Below are positions 14,894 through 28,960 of a stretch of DNA of 64,000 nt, one piece after another. The DNA is from Octopus vulgaris. Its lineage: Eukaryota. The stretch spans positions 104,842,001-104,906,000 of the forward strand of contig OX597814.1 of the NCBI GenBank assembly GCA_951406725.2, given 5' to 3'. The position numbers were made by a program, and so were the translations under genes. Each line of letters opens with the position of its first letter. Position 1 is the first letter of the stretch. The notes under the pieces are model-generated. The model searched no databases and was not told the DNA's origin. It worked only from the letters and a program-made list of their open reading frames with translations.

Positions 14894-15020
14894 CGTATGA
14901 GCGTGTGTGTTTCTTTGTGTCTGTGTTCGTCCTTGGAGGATGTGTGTGTGTGTGTGTGTATGAGCATGTGCGTTTCTTTGTGTCTGTCTTCGTCCTTGGA
15001 GGATACACTACTTGACAAAT
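14775..15020 (+). mobile_element. SINE family A fragment with an internal ~50-bp tandem duplication
   Basis: GACCAAAGCCTTGTGAGTG..TTTGGTAGAC; TTTCTTTGTGTCTGT.TTCGTCCTTGGAGGAT occurs twice. Confidence 0.75.
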
Positions 15021-15074
15021 ATTAGCCACCATCTTTAATCGATAATCGAATACGACGGCATATATCGGTATTAA

Positions 15075-15600
15075 AAGTCCTGCAATCCTAAAGCAAGGAA
15101 GCTTACAACATCATATTCTAAAATATATCCTCAAGGAAAAAATGATTTCCAGGCTGAACCAAATCCTCTAAACCTCGCCATAAAGAGTAAAAGATAGCCT
15201 GAATCAATGAAGAAATATTAACAAAAGCCAAATTTCATACAATAACAGCAAGAACAACAGTAACAAAATGCGGAAGACCCAACTGTGATTTATGTTTTAA
15301 TCTGACAAAAGGATTAGCGATCCGTTTTAAACAAGAATAACTCTCCACAATGAAAAAATAACTTCACTTGTGCATCTGAAAACCTCATCTACGCAAATAG
15401 ATGATGGAGAGGATCCATGGGATTATGTACGACTCTTCACAGATGCGAAATCAAAATATAAGGAATGCAGATAAATAAGTCTTAGTGAACATGTAGATAC
15501 ATGTGCCGGAAAAAATATCCAAATTGTACCATTGTCCCCACCCCTATGTCAATTTGGTGATTACACAACTCAACAGCAAAGTATCAACAAAACTTAACCT
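15075..15600 (+). mobile_element. Penelope-like element C-terminal remnant (Cys-rich linker plus GIY-YIG endonuclease region)
   Basis: KSKR*P.SMKK/LTKAKF, KCGRPNCDLC, FTCASENLIYA, LSEHVDTCA and terminal KLN; the YIG motif is not recognisable. Confidence 0.7.
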
Positions 15601-15864
15601 TCATAACCAAATACCAACCACTTTTAAGTATTGTGGAAGAGAAAAGGAGAATGACAGCAGCCGCTGTGCAAATCTTGCAGAAGCTGCTACTACTACTGCT
15701 ACTGGCCAACCTAACACACATACAAATCTATGTGATATATAATTATAAACATACACACATACATATGTACTTATGGTCATATATATGTATGTATATCGAT
15801 AAACATACATGCATACATATCTATCAATCTACCTATCTATCCATCTATCTATTTATCTCTCTAT

Positions 15865-15919
<55 letters not shown>

Positions 15920-16827
15920 TAATAGATAGATAGATTCCTAGAGTGAGGAAGAAAGAGCAAACAGAAAAAAGGAGGCAGAGTCCTTGGTACCCGTCTTCCT
16001 ACCTACCTACCTACCTATCCGTGTATCGCATATCACAGCTATCTGATTTACGTTCCATGCAGCTAACAATGTATGAATATGAGTGGATGTCCGTGTACTT
16101 GTGTGTATGTGTGTTGTGTTGCGTTGGGTATGTATGTGTCTGTGTGTGCGTGTTCACGTTTGATTTGTATGTGTATGTGTGTGGTATGTGAGTATGGCGT
16201 TTGAAAGATCATATTTATAACCTACTGTTGTGTATTTATACTTTTGTCTAATAACAGTAGTTAAGATTCCTTCTGTTCAGCTGATCGCAAAAATAGTCCA
16301 CGTTCAAATCCACTCTATTCACACACACAATCAAACAAATACACACACAGAGATACTCTCTCTCTCTTTCTTTTTCTCTCTCTCAGATATAAACATATAT
16401 CAATCTGTATATACACATCCAAACACAGAACGACTTAGAAATATAAACACAGGCAGCGAGGAGTGGTGTCTCGAAGCACACACAAGCACACACAAGCACA
16501 CCATATCCATTCAGAAATGACTCACGCACAGATGACCCCGTAAACGTATGCAAAGCGGTAAAACGTGTTTAAATATTCATACGGCGAAATCAGAAGAAAC
16601 ATCGTTGATAAGCGTTGCAGGCAAAAAACATTTAACGCACAGACGAATATATATAACGCTCAGACTTAGTTTCATGTCGACATGAATATTTAAACGAGAA
16701 CATGTTATCATTACATACATGGACGTATGTATGTGTGGAGAATGAATGCGTGCAATGTATCGAAGTATCCACGTACGTATGTATGTAAAATATATGCACG
16801 CTAATATATATGTATATACATACATAC

Positions 16828-16935
<108 letters not shown>

Positions 16936-16969
16936 CACGTATGTATATATATATATAATATATATATAC

Positions 16970-17080
<111 letters not shown>

Positions 17081-18221
17081 ATATATAGTTATATGTGTCT
17101 GAATAGATGTGTGTGTGTGTATATATAATGTGCTTGTGTATGTGTGTATTTGTGTGTGTATTTTGTGTGTTGCATACATTTGTGTGTATTGACACATACA
17201 GGTTGTTGTCAAGTATTTCCGACATAACAGTTGTAAAGAAATCATGAACGGTTGAAAAGTTCATTCAAGAACTGGGCGAGAAAACGTTTTAAAAAAAATA
17301 CGTACATACATACAAACGACCTATAAAATAGAGCATATCAAACGATATCTAAAAATTCAGCTAGAAATGAGTGGAAAGCGGAAAGAGAAGAACAAGAAGA
17401 AGAACAGTTACAAGAGAAGGTGTTTTAGTCAAAGTAATATCAAAGGCGAAGCGGATATGAGAGAATAAAAACGAAAACTAATCTAATGCGAGCAGATCCT
17501 TCATGTTTAAGATATGTGAATATTGTAAAAGACCACAGGGGAAATCATGGAAGGTTGGTCGGTAAATTAGTGTCTTAAGTACAGCGTGTTTTATAGTTTT
17601 TTAAATGGGTTGGGGTGGAGTCGTTTAGCTGTAGGTTCAGTATTTCTATTGGCCGAATTAAAGAGAGACATATGCGTATACACACAGACACAGAGGCACA
17701 CTGACATACATAAATTTATATGGAATGTGTGTGTGTGTGCGTGTAAACAGGTAGACATGTATTTATTGATGAGTTCGCAACCAGCCATACACAGACAAAC
17801 GTACTCACTCATCTACACACACACACAGATACACAAACACACACAGAGACACACACGTGCACATACACATACATACGCACATCCATAAGATTTGAATATA
17901 TATATATATATAAAAGGGATAACACGAATGAAATTTAAATTTTACTTGTGTTGTTTTTTATACAAACGCACACTTGGAGCTATCTCGAGGTTGGGTCTTT
18001 TGTTTATATTGGTTCGGGTGCCTATATATATATATATAATATATTAATAAATAAATAAAACATATGCATATATATATACATATATGTACGTACCTACTTC
18101 TACATGTATATATACACGCATATATGAGTACAGGACAAATAACACAAGGAAAAACCCCTTCTTCAGTCGCCATGGTTTCATCTACTCTGCGTTTCGAAGG
18201 TGAATATATATAGTAGATAGA

Positions 18222-18343
<122 letters not shown>

Positions 18344-18363
18344 TTCTTTATTCTTTTTCTTTC

Positions 18364-18472
18364 TTTTACTTGTTTCAGTAATTTGACTGTGGCCATACTG
18401 CAGCACTGCCATTAGTCGAGCAAATCGACCCCAGGAATTATTTTTTGTAAGCCTAGTACTTATTCTATCGGT
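18364..18472 (-). mobile_element. SINE family A, 3' part, interrupted by a LINE
   Basis: Matches the left part of the 3452-3846 copy. Confidence 0.85.
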
Positions 18473-20108
18473 ACAATTCCTTCCAGGATCTTCCAGATAT
18501 ATATTACTGCATACCTCTCCCGTCTTCTCTCCAGGGAGTAGAGTCTTAGCTGTTTCAACATTTCCCAGTAGCTGAGCTATTGCAAAGAGACGATCTTCTT
18601 TGTGAATCTTCTCTGGATTGCTTCAATGTCCGCTGTTAATCTCACACTGGTGAGTGATCAGAGCTGTGAGCAGTAATCCAGGCGGCTGAGGACGAATGTC
18701 TGCCAGAGGACCATCATGGTTTCCTTATCTCTGGTTCTTAATGTTCTTAGGATTCATCCTGCCAGTCGTCTGCACTTTGTCGCCATCCTGGTAATGTGCA
18801 CTTGGAAAGAGGTACCATCACTCATGTTGATACCCAGGTCCCTCACTGATTTAGGCTCTGAGATTGAAATTCCCTGTGGATCGGTGTACCCTGTAGGTTT
18901 AATATTCAGTTTTGGATGCTGGTAGTGCAGGACCTGGAATTTTTCAGCATTAAACTGCATATTATTATCCTCAGCCCATCTGTAAATTGAGTCCAACTCC
19001 TGCTGCAGGTGTGCAACATCACTGGGGTTCTGTATTTTCTATGAGACTTTCGTATCATCTGCATAGCTTGCCAGAGTGGCTATCCGGGCATTTGAGGGCA
19101 TATCTGAGAGGGCCACTAAAAAAAACAGTGGTCCCAAGACAGTGCCCTGTGGAACACCGCTCACTTTTTGTGTGTTCATAGAGGTGGCTCCATTAGCCAC
19201 TACTGCCTGACTCCTATCTTTCAGGGAGTCATGTAACCACACTCCAAGTTTTCCAGCTATGCCGAGGTCACGTAGTTTGTGGCATATCATACCATGATCC
19301 ACCTTGTCAAAAGCTTTTGCAAAATCAAGGTATATTACATCCACATTTGATTTGTTGAGTAACTGCTTCAACACCCAGTCATAATGTTGTAAGAGCTGGG
19401 TCAGGCAGCTCCTACCTGGTCGAAAACTATGTTGGGTATCACTTAGCAAGTTATTTTTTTCAAGGAATACGATTAGTTTCCCTCTGACTATCCGTTCCAT
19501 GACTTTGCTGATGTGTGAAGTCAGAGAGATAGGCCTATAGTTTTTGGCATCTGCTCTACTACCCCCTTTATGTATTGGGCATATTATTCCCTCCTTCAGC
19601 TTGCTTGGAAGGTCTGGAAGAGAATCTTAAGGGGTTTTGCCAGGGCATGTTTACACGATTTGAGGAGGATTGCTGGGAAACCATCAGGACCAGCAGTTGA
19701 GTTTGTGTCCACTTCATCTATGGCTAGTAGTACATCTTCTTCGCTAATGTCAACGTATCCTATTGTAATTGCTTCGCTGGTTATAGGTGAGGCGGCAAAG
19801 AAGTCCACTGGTTCGTTCACTTGTCTGTGTTCCAACGAGGATGGTAAAGACACTTTTGAACTGGTCATTCAGTATCTCACTGATCTTAGTTGGACTGTCT
19901 ATGAGGGACCCATCCCTTTGAAGGAGGGGTCCTATCTTGTAGTGCACTGAGGCTATTTCTTTCGCGTTATGAAAGAAGGCCTTTCGGTTTGACTTAACGT
20001 TTTTTATAACCCAGGCTTCTTTGTCTGCTTTCTCCCTCACATAGGATTGTTGCACCCTTTTTTCAACCTCCATCAGTGTTGTTTTTAGGCCGGACGCTTC
20101 GCTGCTTT

Positions 20109-20110
<2 letters not shown>
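18473..20110 (-). mobile_element. CR1/L2-group LINE reverse transcriptase pseudo-ORF2 fragment
   Basis: AGPDGFP, YRPISLTS, QHSFRPGRSC, YLDFAKAFDKV, GVPQGTVLGP, YADDTK, WAEDNNMQFNAEK and RDLGI; frameshifted. Confidence 0.93.
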
Positions 20111-20174
<64 letters not shown>

Positions 20175-20177
<3 letters not shown>

Positions 20178-20317
20178 TACGGGCTTCTTTCAATGTCCGT
20201 CTACCAAATCCACCCACAAGGCTTTGGTCGGCCCGAGGCTATAGTAGAAGACACTTGCCCAAGTTGCCACGCAGTGGGATTGAACACGGAACCATGTGGA
20301 TGGTAAGCAAAATACTT
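20175..20317 (-). mobile_element. SINE family A, 5' part
   Basis: Matches the right part of the 3452-3846 copy. Confidence 0.85.
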
Positions 20318-20321
20318 TATT

Positions 20322-20950
20322 TCAAAACATTTTACCATAAAGGCCACCCAGACCCCGGCGGATAGTGTCCTCTATCCACTCGGGCTCTATTCCGGATGGC
20401 AGCCCACACACCCAAGCTCTTGTCAATTTCCTCCTACTATATGTGACTAAAAACATACTTTTCTCCCCTTCCAGGGCCTGGTTTGCAAAAATGTGATCTT
20501 CCACAGGATTATCAAATAGCAACCACACTGATGCATATTTGACACCACTTGCAATAAACTTGATGGTTGGCAGGTATTCTGCCAACTCCTTCTCAATATC
20601 TACTTGAGAGAACACAGTGATAGTGTTGAGGGACTTGGAATATGTCCCCAACACCACCGTTCTATCATTAAGGTCCTTTACCCACTTCTTGGGGGTACAC
20701 TTTCCTACTCCAAGACAGTGTTTTTATTTTTGTCGCCATGCTTGCAAAAGAAAAGTAAAGAAAAACGTTCAGCACAAAATCCAAAATGTTCAAAATAAAA
20801 TGTCCAATAAAAACAAATAAAAAGAACAGAAAGAGAGAGCAGAGAAAAAGAACGAAGGAAGGCAGTTCAATTCAAGGCAACACAAGTCCGCCACTTAAGT
20901 AATCCACAAGAATACTGGTACTCCAGTTCACCGTCGCAGCACGCAAAAAT
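20322..20950 (-). mobile_element. Probable L1/Tx1-like LINE 5' end (ORF1 N-terminus plus 5' UTR)
   Basis: Non-repetitive ORF 20322-20657 with RRM-like TRAWVCGLPSGIEPEWI; pyrimidine-rich leader upstream on the minus strand. Confidence 0.45.
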
Positions 20951-21226
20951 TCCTCCACGAATTCATAAATTTTCCAAATTTTGGTATCGAGACATGCCCA
21001 CCAAAACAACAATTCTCATTGCTAAGTGACTGACTTCTTTTCAATCAGATACTTACATACTATTATTCTTTATCGAGTGAGAAAACGATATGGACGATTG
21101 TTTTGGTGTCTCGCAATGCCATTTACGCCTATGAGGAGTCACTTTCCCAATGAAACTCGGTTTTTTCCCAAACTTTTTCTCAAACCTGCTATAATGTGAT
21201 ACATGTCCTTGGTGTGGTAATTGTAC

Positions 21227-21313
21227 GCGGCTGAAGAAGGCTTTTGACCTATCTGTTATATCAATTATGCATTGATATAAGTTGTTCAGTAAAGCCCGAA
21301 ACATATGTAACGC
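21227..21313 (+). ncRNA. Type I hammerhead ribozyme motif with long stem II
   Basis: GCGG-CTGAAGA-A-GGCTTT...TTATATCAAT/ATTGATATAA...AAAGCC-C-GAAAC-ATAT-GTA-ACGC. Confidence 0.7.
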
Positions 21314-21416
21314 AGAATCCTTTGCATCCTGTTTTTCTTTTGATACATATATCCTATCACCTATACCACTAGCTGGCATATACAGGTGCTTTTGTATACA
21401 CATCCTGAATTTTTTG

Positions 21417-21516
<100 letters not shown>

Positions 21517-21525
21517 TATATCAAT

Positions 21526-21810
21526 GCCTTGTGAGTGAATTTGGTAGACGGAAACTGAAAGAAGTCTGTCGTATATATGTATATATAATATATATATATG
21601 TGTGTGTTTGTCTCCTAGCATTGCTTGACAAACGATGCTGGTGTGTTTTCGTCCCCGTCACTTAGCGGTTCGGCAAAAGAGACCGATAGAATAAGTACTG
21701 GGCTTACAAAGGATAAGTCCCGGGGTCGATTTGCTCGACTAAAGGCGGTGCTCCAGCATGGCCGCAGTCAAATGACTGAAACAAGTAAAAGATAAAAAAA
21801 GATAAAAGAT
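21526..21810 (+). mobile_element. SINE family A, 5'-truncated
   Basis: Reverse complement of the 3452-3740 segment; GATAAAA tail. Confidence 0.9.
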
Positions 21811-22233
21811 ATATATATATTGAAGTAGATAAATGAATTATCTTATTACGGATAATTCAAATGATAACCGATACCTGGGTAGCAAAAATCACAACAGAAA
21901 AAGCACGGTTGAAGTTACGACCATGGGGCATAAAATCCGTGCCTTAGTGCGGAAATTTGAAGTTTTATATATTAAGTGTAGGAAGAAATGGAGTTGAACG
22001 AAGATTTAACAAAATTCCTTTTTATTATTTTCTACATATGTTTCGAAGGCGGCAACATGCATACTTGCCCCATGTAGCCAAGGAATCCCACATGTTGAAA
22101 TACATAGATTCTAACGAATCCTACAACTTGATATATACACACAAACACACACACATATATATATATTAATAAATAAATATATATATGTATATATATATAT
22201 ATATATAAATAAATATATATATATATATAAATA

Positions 22234-22406
<173 letters not shown>

Positions 22407-22580
22407 GTATAATTGAAAACCAAGAGGAGAGTGGAGATTTATTCACATCCAAGACTTTTTTTTTATTAAAGTGTTTTCTACAGAAGAGTATAACAATGAC
22501 CAACATATATTTCTACTGCAGTAACTGTACATTACGCTGTATGCAATTATGCATCCTAATTGCGCATTGATTTGCCAGTG

Positions 22581-22655
22581 GGCAGGTTAGCTTAATGGTA
22601 AAGTACTTGGCCGGAGTCTTGAAGGGATGTGGGTTCAAGATCCATGGCTAGTTAT
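22581..22655 (+). other. tRNA-like Pol III head (SINE remnant or tRNA pseudogene)
   Basis: A-box TAGCTTAATGG and B-box-like GGTTCAAGATCC at tRNA spacing; no full cloverleaf. Confidence 0.5.
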
Positions 22656-22744
22656 TGGCAAATTCTTTACGCTTTGTAAGGATAATTTACCTAATATTTC
22701 TGCTGTACTAACTGCGTTTCTGCGTCCGAAAATAAATTATCATT

Positions 22745-22818
<74 letters not shown>

Positions 22819-23479
22819 ATATATATATATATATATATATATACATAAGTGTGTGTGTCTTATATGAAAATAAATTATCATCTTATCTGTATATACATAA
22901 GTCAACGTGTCTTACATGAAAGAATGAGTCCAACAAAATGGATATTACTTCATCCAACTACACATATCGAATTCTGTGTTTACGCGCGCGCGCGCAGGCA
23001 CGCGCGTACAAGTGTGCGTGTGGGAGTTTGTCTGCGCTGTAATGAATGCTTCAAAGAAAATGGCGTTCATGTGTTAAAAAGAACATGAGAAATATTCTAC
23101 TTTCTGTATGAAATGCAAAAAAATAGTTCTTGAGTGATATGTGTGGAAATCTTCCTCTCTCTCGCTCTCTCTCTCCCTCTCTCTCTCTCTCTCTGTCTAT
23201 CTACCTGTCTACCGCTCTGTCTGTTTGGCTGTCTGCTCATCTCCCTGTCTGAGTGTCTGCCTACCTGTCTGTCTGTGTTTGTCTGTTGATCTGGCTGACT
23301 CTCTATTTACATCCTATGAAACAATCTATAAACTTACCTTTTTCCCTTTCTCTCTCTGTACCTCTCACTCTCTTTCTCTCACTCTGTCTCTCTTTCACTT
23401 CCTTCCTTTCTTTGTATATATATGCAAGTCGTTAGCCTGGAAAGATATCTTGTTTAAGAAAGAGCAAACTCTGACTTCA

Positions 23480-25920
23480 ACCCTCCAATTCCTTGCGACA
23501 ATGCCCACCCGTGGAATAGTTTCCAGGAGTAAAGCCTGAGCAAAAACCTATACTGGTATCCGTAAGGCATTCCAACGTTGTTTTCATTATTGTTGTACTA
23601 ACTCCTACAACAACACAGATGTCACTCTCAAATTGGCCTCGCCAATCAGTGGCCTGATGTGAGGGAGATCTGCGGCATGGGTAACAGCTGGCGAAGATAA
23701 CACTAAACCTGCTCAGGTCTGTGCCCGGAAGAAATGACACAAAACGAAATGCAACGGTTTACCGATCAAATACTTTTACTTAAAAAGGAGATTCGTGTCA
23801 CACTGGACAAACAACTCCCACTTCAAGCTGGGCAAATCACATACAGCTAGGTGGCGTCACACCACAGGCCGCCTGCCTCCCTGGATACAGTGATTTTAGG
23901 GATACATCTAACCCGAAACTTGAATGGTATACACTGCCTCAAGCGCGACAAGAAGGCAAAAGACGAAGCCGTCACTCAGGTTAGAATGTTGGCACGTACA
24001 GACCATGATCATCGAACTATCAGATAATCTCCTGGTTATTAGTGAAACCTAAAAAACTCAACGGATTAACAAAGAACAGCAAAAATTTCAAGTGGGCGAG
24101 AAGTACTGCACCTTTTTCCGGTATAGAAAATACTTAGGCTTGACTAGTGAGTGAGATTTTGGCCATGAGAGACTCACTATTAAACATGGTGGAGCCCAGC
24201 GAAAGAGGGAATAAACGAATTTTTTCACTTTGACTACATACGTCTGGTTAGTGTATCAACCCCTGTTAGCGTCCATACCCTGAGCATTTACACTTCATAA
24301 AATGCAATGAACGAATTCTATGACCAACTCTCAAGGAAAATTCCAGAGATTCCAATTCAAGAACAACACCTGCCGTCTGGTGACTTCAGCGCCAGAATGG
24401 ATGCTGACCATGGCTCCTGACCAAACTTCCCAGGAGTGGCATGGGACCGAAAGTATAAATGACAAGAAACAACGATTTCTTGACTTAAGCACACTCTATA
24501 GCTTGTGTCACCAAAATTTACTTCTAAAATATATTTCAGCACAAAGTGTCTTTGACATTGGACAGACCCATACTCCATACTCTGGCACCAAGTTGACCTA
24601 ATAATTACAAGACTCTGCCACTTGACGAATGTGCTCATACCTCAATTCTTTGAGAATGACAACTGTGACAAAGATCATTCTTGAAAGCGATGCATTGAGG
24701 CCAATTCTTTCAGACTCACAGGACGGAAATGTACAGTTGAGATAGGATTGGTTTAGGGATACCATCCACGGCATTGAATTGAATGACTTTGGTATGTAAA
24801 CGGCACAAGGCACAGGATCGGATTCAAGCAATTCCAGGAAACTCCATTGCTCTCATCGACATAAAATTTTACTGAATTCCTGGAAAATAAACTCTGCTCT
24901 ATACAGGCATCTTTCTAAGTATTAACTACAATAAAGTGCAAGGCCAATATAACAAGGAAACGTTATGCAAATGACTACCGGTTACTGTTTTGCAAAAGTA
25001 TTCAAGCATCATTTGATACAGGTGACATCCGTGATTTGTTCATCGGATGAAGCATGAGCAACACAGAACCATCGAATTCTGTAACAGATGAAAGCATGAA
25101 AGGCAAATCAGACAGATGGAAAGAGGGTTAGCAAATTCCTTCAATATCTCGAACAGTGTCTTAGACATCGTGGAAGGCCTGCCGATGATGGGGAAACAAC
25201 TAAGTAAAGCAATTGATGGTATTTCCACTGACATGGCACCGGGATTGGATGGCATTCCACCATGTAACATCAAGTGTGCAAAGAGTATCGCATTGTGCCA
25301 CCTACATAAACTACTGTGCCGTTGATGGAAGAAGGAATCAGATCTGACAGACTGCAATTTTGTAATCTTGAACGGGAACGAAGGGAGATGGAAACGATTG
25401 CAACAACTGCTGAGCAATCGTCTTCTTGGCGGGCATTGTTGGAAAGGCGTTAAATCAAGTGGTTCTAAACAAAGTGCAGAAAATCGCCGAAAGGTTATAC
25501 ACCGAGTCTTATTTCGGTTTCATGCCATTACACTGCACAATTGACATAATCTTCCTTCAACAACTAAATGAAAAGTAGAAAGCGAAGACAATCCTTTTAC
25601 ATCACATTCATTCACCTCATGAAGGCTTTCAATGATGGGAATAGCGATGGTTTGTTCAAAATATTGCTGAGGATGGGTGCCTTCCAACGGTTGGCACCAA
25701 ACCTACAGACATGACAATCGTCATTCACTTTGATCGCGTTTCCTCGGAATCCTTCAGCGTTCGAAGCGGATTGAACGAAAACTGTGTGTTCTTCACCTTT
25801 CTGTTAACGAGCCTTCTTTATTATTATGCTAGAGCACGCCTTTGGAACAGCAACTGATAGCTTAACTTAACACATGATCAAACGGGAAATTGCTCAATGT
25901 CTCGACTGAGCGCGAAAACT
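23480..25920 (+). mobile_element. Degenerate RTE-clade LINE (5' UTR, AP endonuclease, RT N-half)
   Basis: LRLECWHVQTM (APE start), NEFYDQL, GDFSA, WHQVDLII and APGLDGIP; many stops and frameshifts. Confidence 0.85.
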
Positions 25921-26031
25921 ATATTCACCATGTGTGTGTGTGTGTGTGTGTGTGTTCGTGTGTCTCTCTGTGTGCGTGCGTACATCTGTGTGTATGTAAG
26001 TATATATGTGTATATGTGTGTGTGTGTGTGA

Positions 26032-26068
<37 letters not shown>

Positions 26069-26139
26069 GGTGTATGGCTGAATAAGCCGTCAGGCGAAAC
26101 TTAGAGTCCATGTCAAAATAAAACTCATGTTTTTTAACG

Positions 26140-26193
<54 letters not shown>

Positions 26194-27017
26194 GTTTTTC
26201 CTTATGAAAATATAATTTTCGCTCTTTTCTTTCTGTTCTTTTATTTGGAAATATCAATTTAATGGAGAATGGAACACTCACTGTATTCTTGAAAACCGAT
26301 AAATTCTTTGACACTGATTCCTAATTGAGGAATTAACTATGGCATATAAGGTAGCATAAAAATAGAAGCCATATTATCTAATTATTTCCTTTTATTACCA
26401 ATTCCACCATCATAATTGGTAATCTAAGAGGCCAACAAAAATGGCTTCTATTTTTATATTTCTCCCCAGTCCCAAAGACAGACATTACTGGAGCAAGATT
26501 TCTGGTACATTTATTACACTGGTTCCACTGACGTAGTCATTACTCTCTGATATTTGGCAGATTCCTATTACAACTTTACTAAACGATGAAAGCCGTTATA
26601 GAATCATACTTTCTGCTGTTGCTGTCCTTGTTGTTGTTGTGAGTGATTCTAGATTCTTCTTGATGAAGTCAGGATTACGTTTGTTTGCCGTGTTCATAAA
26701 TACTTCTGTAGTGACTTTTGTTTATTTCAATCAACTTTATATTCATTTACAATGCTTATTAAAATCACTTGTCTTAACGCATTAATGAGTATATCTAAAT
26801 ATATTACAACTGAAGATCAACGAAACATTTCGTTAATTAAATTGTCGAAAGTAAGGCTAATCAAATCAGCAAGACAATGCAATTATGTATTAACATTCTA
26901 AACGGTATTTCTATAACAGAATACAAAAGAGAGATTCTAGACATGTCTAATTCAAGTTCGTGTCTCTTGCTGTGTTGTCATAATTCGAGAAAGAATTCGA
27001 TATTCTATATTTTGTTC

Positions 27018-27273
27018 TTTTCTTTGTTTCACTCATTAGACTGCAGCCATGCTGGGGCAATGCTTTGAATAATTCTAATCAAATGAATCGACTCCAGAAC
27101 TTTATTTTAAGCCTGGTACGTATTCTATGAGTCTCTGTTTGGTGATCTGCTAAGTTATGAGGTCGTAAACACACCAACACCGCTTGTCAAGTGGTAGTGT
27201 GGGATAAACAGAGACACAAAGACACACACACATATCTGTGTATGTATGTATACACACACACACACACACACAC

Positions 27274-27313
<40 letters not shown>

Positions 27314-27459
27314 GACGGTCTTCTTTCAGTTTCCATCTATCATATCCACTCACAAGGCTTTGGTCAGCTCGAGGATATAGTAGAAGACACTTGCACAAGG
27401 TGACATGCGGTGGGATTGAAACCGGTTCCATTTGGCCGGGAAGTAAATTTCTTACCACA
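27018..27459 (-). mobile_element. SINE family A, diverged and near full length
   Basis: Collinear with 3452-3846. Confidence 0.88.
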
Positions 27460-27575
27460 AAGCGTCTTTGCTCTTTCTAAAACTAAGCCATTCATAAAGT
27501 ATTGACACAGTATTCAAACAAGACTACCGGGTAACACACACACACACACAACACACGCACACACGCACACACACA

Positions 27576-27659
<84 letters not shown>

Positions 27660-27916
27660 AGCGCAAAATTTGTGGTTTGATAACCACGTACACATTTAGC
27701 ACAGCAGAATGGGCTTGGTTCTAAACCGCAAGGAAGGAAACTAGTCCAGGAGGTGGAAAAATCTAATCGAAAGTCTTGAGTTATGTTCTCCATTGAATTT
27801 GTGGCAAACGTTTTGCACCAAATTTCTTACGATCAACTGTTACTGAAAGAGTGGTTAGTTCTAAATAAATTTTCATCGCTGAAAACAGATTATCCGTAAG
27901 TTGCGAGAGTTCAATA

Positions 27917-28004
<88 letters not shown>

Positions 28005-28069
28005 GGAGTCTCCGTGGACAAAGTACGGTACCTTCATAGTGTTTAATAACGAGCGTTAAGTATGTCATA

Positions 28070-28270
28070 TTGGTTTTAAATTTTAGCACAAGGCCAGTAA
28101 TTTCCGGTGGTGGGTAAATCGATTACATTGAACCTGCCACTCAACTGGAACCTATTTTATTGACCCCGAAACGATAAAAGGCAAAGTCGACCTCTGTGAA
28201 ATTTGAACTCAGAACGTAAAGACAAATAGATACTGCTAAGCGTTCTAACGAGTCCGCCAGCTCTCCACCT
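28070..28270 (-). mobile_element. SINE family B variant
   Basis: GACCCCGAAA..GGCAAAGTCGACCTC..ATTTGAACTCAGAACGTAA; tail variant shared with the 62141 copy. Confidence 0.85.
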
Positions 28271-28689
28271 TTATTAATTACGTCATATTGATAAAAATCA
28301 TATTGATTAAAGCAGCACCAAATTCTACGTACACGTAAAGAGAGAAAGAGACAGAAACACAGAGTGAGGAGAGACAGCTTAAGGGAGAGAATAAACAATA
28401 AGCACCACCGAGGGAACTAATCTAGTTTAGAATAAGTTACCATCTCCAACAGGCAACGCATTATCAGGAGAGCCATCTGCTGGCAACCTATAAACTCTCA
28501 GTCCTACGTCATGAACGATTGATCAAATCATCGTTGGAATTTTGTTCTCTTCGAAAAACCCAGCTTCTCTCCAGATTGTCAAAAGTTTGTTATTTTATTA
28601 AATTTCGTTCCGATGTAGGCACCGAGCCCATGGCCTTTCACGGCAGTAAACAGTAAGATCGATATCATCAATTTTTCACTGACTGCCGG

Positions 28690-28960
28690 AATATCATATG
28701 TCGGGATGTAGTTCCTGGTGAGCAGAGCCCTGAGTAAGAATGGTCAGGTATTGTTGTAGTTATCATTGGGAGCTTATGGAGGTTGAACATAAGGTTGATG
28801 ATCTCAAGAATGATTAAGTAGTGGTGGGACCAGAAATGGAAGGAAGAGTGGAATCAGCAGAGGCATGACATCGCTAGCCAAGACAATAGAGAAGCAGTTA
28901 TAGATAGGGGTCGAGAAATGTGTGCTTCGGAAAGCAATTGGCCGACATTCTAGTTGATGT
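28690..28960 (-). mobile_element. Very old LINE C-terminal remnant
   Basis: Faint HQPYVQPP...FLLRA..RNYIP similarity to LINE ORF2 ends. Confidence 0.3.

Noticed and set aside
18153-18202. Possible type II hammerhead on the minus strand (GAAAC..GTA..CTGAAGA)
   Set aside because: No stem I can form next to the core; probably a truncated type I half.
26810-26860. CTGAAGA...GAAA
   Set aside because: No consistent set of stems I-III.
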